DNA of 64,000 nt. It comes from Phoronis australis (Eukaryota; Animalia; Phoronida). A program made the position numbers and the translations under genes. A model generated the notes under the pieces. The model was not told the DNA's origin, made no database searches, and was given only the letters and a program-made list of their open reading frames with translations. This document shows positions 1 to 10,906 of the stretch, in pieces (position 1 is the stretch's first letter; each line of letters starts with the position of its first letter). The stretch is taken from contig NMRA01000492.1 of assembly GCA_002633005.1 (NCBI GenBank), positions 209,418-273,417 of the forward strand. Reading direction: 5' to 3'.

Positions 1-2826
1 ACGTTTTTCAATTGTTGCCAACGTGATTCAACTTAATAAAGTGATACCTAATTATTTATTGTCGCTTTTGATAATAGACTATGAGTTGAGAGCACCATCG
101 TTCGCCAGTTTTTCTCGTAACGAGACAGAACACATGTTTATTTCCGGACTAACAGTACAGGTCTTCGTTCTTAAACAACTTGAGGCTGCTGTTATGCGGT
201 CATCTGATATTCAAGTTTTTACGCCCCGTCGGTGCTCCTTAATTATGTTCTTGAATATTTGGAAATTGTCTTAACCCCTGTATACACACCACCCTTTTTC
301 GTATACGACTTTTCGTATGCTAAAAAAGGTGTGTGTAAGCAGATGTTCCAACAAAAAGTTTTGCTGGTGGCGTGACTCATACCCAGATGTGCACAATATG
401 GTTTCACGAAACTTATGTGCCAAGTTCATGTGACGAAATCGAGAAGGGGTTTTAATTATCTTAAGAAAAACTCCAGAGACATGTTAAGTGCCAGAAAGTT
501 ACCAGGATGCATGGAAATTTCACTATTTGGCTACAAAAACAAAAAAATACCTCCCCCCGCTCGGCGCCACGCGCCTAGGATTCGACCTTGGCGGGAATCC
601 TAAACCCCCCCTTGCTGAAAACGTAGATCCGCCACTGAATGATCCATTTTGGGAATTTCGTTTAAAGACTAAGTGCGGTTCTTCAAAACCTCGCTCTCAC
701 ACCGTAGCACAAAAAATTTCTACTAATATAATAATTTATTTGTCCATCTTCCTTAAATTTTTGAAGTACCGCTGTGGATTTAGTCACCGTCGACCCTAAG
801 TCCACATAATGTGTAACGCTTTACAAAATCAGTGTTGCCGTGCAGACGAAGGCCTACGTCCAAATAACGAAGTTCACCTTTGCGGATTGTAACTCTTCTC
901 TCAAGGTCACGAAACGTTGTGTTCGGCCTTTTGCACGTGTGCTAAATACTTTAACTTTTCCTTATAACCTTGTTGTTGACACTGATCACTGACTGGTTTT
1001 CGTGAATAATAATTTCCTGTTTACGAGGTCACCTTATTTTCCCATGTGGTACACTATAGATGTTTGCTATCTGGATTAACTTTTTCTGAAGGGCGTGATT
1101 ATAAGGTCACTATTCAAGTTGTTTATCGCTTTTCATGACATGCTCTTGGGTCATGAAAATTGTTTACGTCTCACGATTTTTAACAGCCTAGTGTATTATT
1201 GATAAAACTTGGGGAAAAGTTTTGAATACGACCTTTTCACTGCCGCGCCAAAAATAGAATAGCAATTGACAGAAGGTGCATGGCACTCGTTTTCATTATT
1301 TCCCTCATGGAAAATGTTCTACCGGCACGTTGACGGGACACTTATATCAAAACAAAGTCAGTGGTTGATACATGCAAGGTATAGTGGCTCAAAAATAAAA
1401 ATAAGTCTATAGGAATCTGAATTAGTAGTCATTTTAAAGAATGCATAATTTTTCAGCGTGTTTATTTTTTCAAAATATTTTTTCGAAGAATAGTTAAGCA
1501 GCACCGCCATTTTTGCAATTGCCCCCCCACGCCTATTTCCTTCGGTAAGGACATTTTAAAAACAAGTGCATCTTATCATCGGGGCAGTATACTCAAACCA
1601 CTCAAAAACGCCTCTAAGCTTTTGAAATTGATCTGATGGGGGTCTTATTTTGTTTAATATCAAGTTTCTAATAAGTCACTTCGTCTACCTGTGATAACCT
1701 TCATTGCGAGGTCAAGTTAAGAAGGACAGCCTTTTTATATCTCCTCATTTGTTGCTGCAGATAAAAACATTGATCTCTTCGTCTCAGTAAACTTAGTGCT
1801 ATCTGGGAGTCATAGTGGTCCCAGATGAGTCCGTTATATCACAGGTGGTTAGTCTAATCTCAGTGGAATCAGGTGTATTTAATTATTTAATTAGCATGGT
1901 GAGCGTTCGGCCTGAAAGTGATCTTCGATCACGTCAATATCAGTAGCAAACGTTTTTCTAATACAAAAGAATACAGCGACACAATATAGCAGTTACTACC
2001 ACACGTTCGGCCTTCGATAAAACGGACCCATGATATGAAACAGCTACTTCGAAGGCAGGCTATGATTTTACTTGAATTGCTAGAGCTGAAAAGTCAACTT
2101 GACGACCAAATTTGGCTCAGCGAAGTCTAGAGAGTGCGATTGGAGCATTATTTTGCAGTAAACGAAACGGTCGTTATCAATGGCTTGATCATGTGTTCTA
2201 AGGTTTCTGGCATCCGTAGAGGTCGTAGTTGGCAACCATTATTTTGTTCCCTGGCTCAAGCATTGACAAGTTTAGATAAAATTCAAAATGCCACGCGAAG
2301 AATGGCACTGAGAGAACATTAACGTTTTAAAGGATCCCCTCTGATAAAGAATAGAAACACGTTCGAGGTGACAACATATTCGTTTAAACGACGTCGCTCG
2401 GATAAAGCTGATAAGTTTAAAAAATCGAAAATTCACCTCAAGTAATATGGAAACTATGTAACTTTTCTGATTGTTGATTTTATAGGCTTCAAGCTTGATT
2501 GCTGTCTTGATGTCGACGATAGAGACTGAACTTAACGGGGCTTGTTAGCTCCCACTTATGTCACGTGGTCACTTTCTCGTGTGTCGTGACTGTTAGCATA
2601 TTTCACATTTCAAATATGACACCTGAAACAATGTTTTCACAGCCCCAATCGTCCTCCTGTCAAACGCGTTCACCTTGACATCAATTTACTCAGTTACGTT
2701 TGGGTAATAATCTTTTATCAACCTACTTTTCTATTATTAAAGGTGGGGCCTTCGCCGAAATTAAGATATCCGCCTTTGTCACAACAAATAAAAAGCGCAC
2801 TACTTGAAAACAACGCCATTGTCAAA

Positions 2827-5800
2827 ATGGTTCTGCTTAAGCTGAATTTCGTAGCCTTCGTGATCTTTCTTTGTTCCGCGACGGCCAGTCCGTTGGCAGG
2901 CGATGACTTACGTGAACATCTCAGAGAGCTGAAAGGCATTATGACCGACCTTCGCGACAAGGTTGACTTACTGGAAACCAGAATGAATACTGTGGAAAAG
3001 CGATCGGAGGTTCGTAAATTGAAGAAACGTCAATTTCATTTGTTGCAACAGCTTTCATTGCCTAGACTCATTCAGCATCTTAGACTGAATTATTGAGGTT
3101 TGCAAGTTGTGTCGCTTCCTCGTTTTGAATAAATTTGATACTTCTCTCATTGTTATCGCTGTTGAGAATATATGACGAACATGGGAGAACGACTTGGGCA
3201 ACTCACACAAGACATTTGTTACGTAAATATGGATTTGGATATGTTTGGGCTCAACAAGGGGTAGGTGTTAAAGCTATTTTTCTTTCTGGATTTACACAAA
3301 AGTTAGAGGATTGTGCCTTCTAAGAATGGGGAGGTAAAATCGATTGTAATGACAAATTATCTTTGTATGCTGACGTTTTACAATATTTCTGTAATGCACA
3401 ATACTTAGAGGTGATACAAAATGCAAAGCTTAGAAGATTCACTACTAAAATTAGATGCTCCAATTGTTTTTTTGAAATCGAAGCACGAAAGAGTAAAATC
3501 GATAGGGAATTGAGAAACTATGTAATTTTCTAAAAGTTTGGAATTTGTGTAATTGAGGATGAGTTCCTTCTTATTACAAATTGTACTTTATATGATGACT
3601 AACGAGATAAGTTCAATCCTGGATTTTAAAGTTGCTCATATTCTTCATTCACAGATCAATAGGTTATGCAAGGTGCCTCACAAATGCAGTATACCTGGCG
3701 CGCCAGAAAATTAACATATGAGAATAGATGATATGCAAGCCTTCAAGTTCAATAAAAAATAATGTATGTTTATTATGTTCTCACGAGAAAAATCTAGACA
3801 GGTAACAGGTCAGCAGATTTATTCAGCGACGGCACCCCAGCGGAACGGTCAGTGTATTGATATTGCTAGTCTCTGAGTGCTGTTTTGAATGTTTGGCCAT
3901 TCAATTTAAGTGGATTACAATGAATAATTCTAAAATAAGTTTCGTATCTCATCCAAACAGTTAGATTAAGAAGGCGAACGTATAATAGGGAACCCTGACG
4001 ACTTCTACTGAATTTGGCACGCGACAGGCTCTGATTTGCCGAGGATTCATCACCATGACGTCGTTTTTGAACTTGTGACCTCTGTTTCATGAAAAGTCTC
4101 GTAGAGCAAATAGATTTTCAATGCAGCACATTGCATGAATTGGAATGAAGGGCAAGAGGGTAAATTGAATGAATACTGTGACTGTTTAACACAAGCCATT
4201 CTAAGTTGTACTGAGTGTTGCTTCGGCAGATCAAAATGTTAGGATAACTTCAAATTGAGAAAAAGATAAATGTTGAATGAAAGTGACACTTGTGAGCCCC
4301 ATTCGCACCGCAGTATAACCACAGAAAACAAGAAGTTTTAAATTTACCGTCACACAATTAAATCAAATCATTAATCTCTGTTGTTCAAAATGGGACATCC
4401 CAGGTTAATAGCCATCCTCATAATGTTTAAAATACGTATTCTGAACTTTGAAGTTGTTTGGCATGAGTTATTTGTAGAAAATGTAGTTAAGATGTTTTTC
4501 AGTTTTGGAATTTTGAAAGACGGTTTAAAATGTTCTAATTGATTAGTTGTTTTGGAGTCGTCAGACTTTCCGCCAAAAAGTAAGACTTTCTCTGAAAACC
4601 TAACTTGGCTGAATGCGGAGTTTCGTGGCGACAATTTACAAGTTTTCGGAAAGACACATCATGTTTTCTGACAGACCCTGGTGGTTCTTTTTGGATGGAA
4701 ATTTACTCCCGTAAAATAAACGCTTTTCTCAATAGACAAAAATCGAGTACCAAACTATCGTAAGTAGTTGTGCCGAGCTAAAATGGTCTCTATTTCTGCG
4801 TGAGGCTGTTTGTCTATTTTTCAGAATGTTGGTTTTGACAAAAACAACTTTAACGACGTAGTTGGACGTTCTAAACGAGCCTCGATACTGAACAGGACGT
4901 CATCATGTAAGTGTTTATGTACTCACAAAGACTCAAGGCGCGTGACATTTATTTATACCGGACCTGCAGTTTGTAGAAGCGACAACCTCGGCAAATGCAT
5001 GACTTCCCACTGTAACGCCGTCATGTATTACCAGCGAAGAAGCACTTGATCACATCAGTTACGACCTTCTCTTAGGAAACTCTTCTGACTTAACGGAATT
5101 CATACCCTCGTCTTTAAACACCACACACGCGCCAAACATACTCCATACCCGGCGACCAAGTGTCAACAACCAGGGGAAAACGCACCAGACCCGTATCTGG
5201 ATCTGCGTAAGGATATGGTGCCCGGATATGGAGTTTGGTCATCTCGCATGTGTGGAGTTTAGGGACGTGAGCGTGGAAGTTGTATAGAGTTTGGTGCTTA
5301 CTGGTCCAGGAATGGGATATTTAGGATTGCAACTGGAATTTAAAACAGAGGCCATGCATTCGTTTCCACCCCTAAATGTTGTTCACTGTCCTCAAACCAA
5401 TATTCAGCGAAGGGCAGCGACCTGTCGCCCGTTAGTGCCGTGGTAGTCACATTCACCGCTAAGTTTTGAGCACGTACAAAATCTTTTGTACTATACGACA
5501 AATTTGTACCCCATTGCAGGAAAGTCGTCTGTTACTTTACGGCTGTTGCACGACAGAAGTGTGGCAGACTTACCACTGTCGTCCGTTTAACTGAAAGCCT
5601 AAAACAGTTAGTCGAACAAATGTCACGGTTTCACAATCAAGTGCCCGTTTTGCAAATGTCGTAGGCTACTTTGATGATATAACCGAATGAGTCCAAATTC
5701 TTGGTCTACTGAGACACGACAGCAAGTACGCAGACACCTCAGACGAATGTATGACAGCATCTCTGTCGTTACCTAGTGAGGATCGGATGCCACGTACAAC

Positions 5801-8800
5801 ATATGAGACAGGGTCTTTAGGAGAAGGTGTTGTACTTCTCGTAGCCATGATGCTTTCTGTAAGAAACAAATTTTGAAATTTTGGTTAAAGTCATTGATCT
5901 GATCTTGTTCGTTGAATAGTGAAGAAGTAATCTCTCGTCACTTGAAATTTTAGGGCACAACCTGTGTCTCAGTGAAATAACAAACTGTCAGATCTTTACA
6001 AGTGCATAAATCCCTTTTAATTTCATTAACAAGTGCAGGGTAAGTTATAAACAATTTTATGACGGTTAAGTGGCATAAATCAAACTTTTTCCTTGACAGA
6101 AAGTATGTGTTCATTGTCACTTTAATTCTGCAAATACAGTGTACACGTGTATCCGTTTCTAACCTCTTAGCTTTCATACCGTTTCCACCAGCACGACTTC
6201 CTTACCCCTGGTATGCGCCAGTTTGTAAGGAGGGCAAACCAGGTCGAGATGGAAGGGACGGGCGTGACGGACAGGCCGGGCGTGCGGGACCACCAGGCAA
6301 GGACGGTCTGTCTAGTGGAGACTTGGAGCGGGTCCTGAAAAGTGTTCTGAATTACACGCACAAAGGTTGGTACATCATGCTGTAGTTCATGTTGAGTTTG
6401 ATCAGTTCTCTCTAACCAGCATGCACAACGACAAATACGACGACGACAAGGACATAAATTTGTGGGGATGTCTCCTTGGAATGCATGTTGGCGTTGCTTA
6501 CTGATGCTTACATGTACAAGCTTCTACTAGTCGTATTACAGAGATCTGCCAATATTACGGGCGATTTAGTCAGTTAGCGATTCCAACATGGAAAATTTAC
6601 TTGTCTGTTTGTTTCACGTTTCGTTTCGGTATTTCGCTATTGTTTCAGACAGCAACAGTTACTTAGCCTGGTTAGGTAGACAACGGCGAGTATTGTCGAT
6701 AAGTAACAAAGTCACAGAAACACAGTGGATGTTGTTTTATACTGGTCAAAGCATAGAACTTCGAGAAGCGTATTCCATCCATAAATAATCCCACATATGC
6801 GTCTTCCACTCGTAAAACCGATAATGTCCCAATCAAAGAGAAGGTTTTCCTTCACTTAAAAAATGACCCACAAAAGTCTTTGAGCAAACTTAAATATTAT
6901 GGCGTAATATATCGTCTTTTCAAATGCTTATACAGTCACCAGGTGGCGAGACCTTCTCGTCCACGTGTCTACTCACTTGCCAAACAACATTGTCGTGAAA
7001 GTATACATTTCGTGAGTCACTTCAAATATAGTTCACCAATTAAGGATACAGTTTACGAGAAAGGGAAGCAGAAGAAACGAACCCCAGTTTTCAAACACAG
7101 ATATGGCCGTGTGTTGTTTTTGATGTCCGAAATTACGTAAGATAACGTCATGCCGGCGGCTTTTTTCGTCTGAAAACACCGCATGTGGAAATAATCTGAT
7201 CAGATGTGAGTAAGATAATTCACGCCAGTGCTGGCTTTAGGAGTAGCTGAATGCTTAAATTCAAAACCCAGAATGTATTTTAAGAGAAATGATATTAAAT
7301 TCAAACTTGAAAGTTGCACCTCGCCTTGTTTAGGTTACTCAAGAACGAAAATCGCGGAACTAAACCATTCAATCCCATCAATCGGTTTCATTTTATTAAT
7401 CACCGTTTCATACAGAAGTCATTTTCTTTACCACTCAAGCCAAGGACAATGTGTACATGTGTCTTGTTCGAATTCGCAATTCTAGGATTGGCGATCGAGT
7501 TCCAATTGAACACTGAAGCGTCTTCTTGAGCAGTTGCTTTTATGGTTTCGATACTCTTGTTGGCATCGGAAGCGTAATTCTGTCACGGTATACAATATTA
7601 TGAGACCATTCCACTAAAATTGTCAAACGCATTTTTTTTTTTTTTTTTATATTTACAGCCCTACCACCAGGGCCATCTCCTTCCAGTCGAAACGACACAG
7701 GCGCAATCTATGTGCGATGGGGACGTACAACATGCCCTGCTCATTCACAACTTGTCTATGATGGTAAGCAATTAATATTTACATTAAGTTCCTGTCACGA
7801 GGACCAGGAATGAGGAGTTAAGGGAAATCACTCACGTTACATAAAGCGAAGCGCATTGTCCACCTCTTCATTCCGGACATGCGCAAAAGACATTGTTGGG
7901 ACCAGAATTTTTCAAGGGAGGGCGGGCCAACCGGGAGTGCAGGCTAAAATGAATGACACTAGGAGACACTTTGCAATGCACAGGTTGAACAGGGATGGGA
8001 ACAAACGCAAAACTGCAGTGGGTCTAGGCGTGGTTAGGACCGGTTTTCTCCCTCAGTGGTACGGAGGAGTCTGTAAAATTATAAAGATAGCCCATGGAGG
8101 GAAAACGATTGCATTTTGTATATAAAACTTCCATATTTACAAGTCTCGCACTCGGGACCGGGTTCCATCTGTGAGACTTGAAAATAAATCATGAATAATT
8201 CAATGTGAAAAAAATTCATTCTTAACAACGCAATACTTGTCACATGTCCTGTCTAAATATTCACCTTCAATCACACAGACACCTAGTGTTTGGATTTAAA
8301 CCACTTGCCGTTGTGACACTGGTTTCAAATTGTTCCTTTGAAGTATTGGAAGTGATTTCATGGCTTCTCAAGAAGCGACAGTTTGATGATTCTTTAGAGC
8401 ATGCCGTATGACCCATATCTAATGAGCTTCTATCAGTTCGAGAGATCAGCTAAAACAGTGTACATGGAATGTCAAATTTTTAACGGTAAATGAAAATACA
8501 AAACTGATTTTTGACGGAAAGCTTGAGATACTAACAATTATTTGTCTAATTTTTTCATCTACAGGGTATGTTGCCGGGTCACACTACACCCACAAAGGAG
8601 GCGGAAGTACGATGCTATGTTTATCAAAAGTTCCTCAATTCGAAAAGACGTCACCCGGATTTGAGTCAGGAGGCCACATTTACGGTGCTGAGTTTGAGGT
8701 CAGCGGATTCAACCCGTTCTCCCTTAAGAACACGCGCGGCCATTCTCTGCAGGATTCCAACGCAGTTTGCGCTGTGTGTCTCGCACTCTCTCGTCCCAGT

Positions 8801-9058
8801 CTCATGATGATTCCCGCTCGCAAGAGCTGTCCTGCAGGTTGGACAAATGAGTATTACGGTTACCTAATGTCAGCGCACTATACCCATCATACGAGTAGCT
8901 ACGACTGCGTGGACATTGCACCAGAAGTGAATGACTCAGGGCATGGAAGTCAAAACGGTGCGCTCTGGTACATAGTGGAATCGGTTTGCGGAGGTGCACT
9001 GCCATGCCCTCCATATAAAAATGGAGCTGAACTCACGTGCGTCGTGTGCACCAAATAA
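2827..9058 (+). CDS. Secreted short-chain collagen C4-like protein, paralog A (5 coding exons, 352 aa)
   Basis: Exons 2827-3009, 4825-4906, 6171-6365, 7659-7763 and 8565-9058 all have GT-AG boundaries with compatible phases (0,1,1,1) and total 1059 nt. The protein has a signal peptide (MVLLKLNFVAFVIFLCSATA), a coiled coil, an RSKR site and 9 Gly-X-Y triplets (GKPGRDGRDGRDGQAGRAGPPGKDGLS). It ends in the family-typical domain YVRWGRTTCP...GYVAGSHY...GGGS..LCL...CAVC...IPARKSCPAGWT.EY.GYLM...CVD...LPCPPY...ELTCVVCTK*. Confidence 0.9.
3140..3775 (+). mobile_element. Degenerate 3' fragment of a non-LTR retrotransposon (RTEX-like) in intron 1 of paralog A
   Basis: WATHTRHLLRKYGFGYVWAQQGV...FTQKLEDC, followed by frameshifted IRCS..FEIE and C.IEDEF motifs typical of LINE ORF2 C-termini. 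Absent at the matching position in paralog B (~25100-25135). Boundaries are approximate. Confidence 0.7.
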
Positions 9059-10906
9059 ATATTCTATTTATTCATAGCCCGGTCATGATTACCTGGCTTT
9101 ATTATTTGCACAGTGCATTACAAACAATGGAAAGGTTATTGATACTTTATGGACCCAGATTTACGAGTACAACATGTCATCCCTAAATGTGTGATGTCAC
9201 GTGACTTGACAATGTAATGTCCTCACACACATAAGTCTTTTGATCACAAAACGAGTCTACATCGTGCAGGCAGCGTAAAGACGCGCATTTAGACACTCAC
9301 TGGTTATTCGAAAAGCAGCTACTCACGTAGTCCATAGATATGAATCGTAATTTGCTTACTTTGACTTGGCATGGCGTCTTGAAACCTTTCAAACGTAGCA
9401 TGGAGCACAAGTCGAGAACAGAACAGTTAGTGTTTAACTGTTGTTTTTCAACGATTGCTGTTTGAGCACGACACCAGACTTCGCGACACACTGATCTCCA
9501 GAAAAAGTCCATCGATGAAATTGCGTTTGAATTTTCTGACAGCACAATGTCTTAGTGTGGAAACTGTCTCTCAGATTTGTTGTTAGAGCTTACGTTAATT
9601 TTTATCTTTAATTAAAAGTCAATAGTCGAATTATTTTTAGAAAGTGCAAAACACTGAAGGTATTTAAATAACTTTTGAAAAACGCCAGCGCTAGGTACGG
9701 AAAATACAAGACATGTTTTGGGCATTTTTATAAAAAATTAATGCAGAAAACCTGATGCGTCCAGATAAAAGGACTTTTTACCCTATCAATGTACCTTTCA
9801 AAAAAGGCATTTTGTCCCTAAACCCAATGGTCACGTGACCACAAGAATGGCGCACTGTTGTGATGACATGAATGCATCCGTCTAATTTCAGAAAATATAT
9901 ACGTAGTTTCATGGGTTGACAGTTACTTAGATACTTCAAGGAGACACTTAACAATTTAATCAGGTGTTACATCCAACTTTGAACCAATCCGATCCTGCTA
10001 TCTTTATTTTCAAAAATAAGTATTTAGGCAAAGCTACTGAATACAAACAGAATGGAATACAACTAAGTTAGTCATAAACTTTAGTATTAACATATTACAT
10101 CATTTACATAACAGTTGAATAACAAACACTAGTAGATTAACCATGGAGAAACCCAAAACGGACCCTAGACCAACAAATTGCACTTATAATCCTTCAGTAA
10201 AGGCCCCTCTGAGCTCGTCTTAATCTTAACATGTTGAAGAAACAGAGTGGGCACGTACATAAACAGGCAACCTTGGACATTCATGGAGTTCATCACCACA
10301 ATGCTTATTAGGCTCCACATTATTTGTTCGCCACTTCAAGATTGTGATGAGAACTTTGTACATAGGAGCGACAGGGAACTTATCAAACAGCATGCTATGC
10401 TGGGCAATGTTCAATTCATTGTCACTAATGGACGTTTTTCTGGATATTTAACACATTTGGAGCATCTTGGGCGACAGAAATTTTCTGTTTTTGCAAAATG
10501 TAACCCCACATTCCTTACCATCATGCAACCTTAATTGAAATTCAGACCCTGAATTATTTTGGTAAAAATGTTCTCACCCTCAAAACCTAAGGTGATCTGG
10601 CTACAATTGAAAATTGAATTCAAAGCCCCTTTTCCTCGGCTATGTTTCCAGTGTTGAGTTAGAAGAGCAAGATGTTCCCACAAGTCTGCCCCCCTTCTAG
10701 TCATGAGACCTAGGCACCGCATTAAAATAAGGAGCACGGGTGACGTTTCTTCAATTGGGTACAAACTCAGTTGCCAAAACGATCATTTTCCAGTTTATCT
10801 ATGGCTCCATTTATAGCTGCAGATGTTCAAACTGATACAGATGGCTGGCGCTTTTGAAAACTATTTTTAACTCTGACTTGTAAACTGTACGACATTTATA
10901 ATCATT

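Larger units (their letters stand above)
1975..10830 (+). repeat. Segmental duplication unit A (paralogous to ~23945-32830)
   Basis: Colinear similarity covers upstream flank, exons, introns and 3' flank, e.g. acacgttcggccttcgataaaacggacccatgat at ~2001 and ~23973, and gctgcagatgttcaaa at ~10817 and ~32816. Confidence 0.9.

Noticed and set aside
283-337. Small hairpin cacacc..tttttcgtatacg/cgtatgctaaaaaaggtgtg (similar small hairpin at ~60652-60690)
   Set aside because: Short, imperfect and probably a repeat remnant; no evidence of function.
2134-2322. Small upstream ORF shared by both duplication units (24115-24366)
   Set aside because: Non-ATG starts, different ends and no recognisable domain; similarity is explained by the duplication.
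3786-3806. Candidate micro-exon GAGAAAAATCTAGACAG|gtaa conserved in both C4 paralogs (also ~25140-25160)
   Set aside because: Lengths of 14 or 17 nt break the phase, the acceptor is not conserved in copy A, and exon 4825-4906 already joins the frame.
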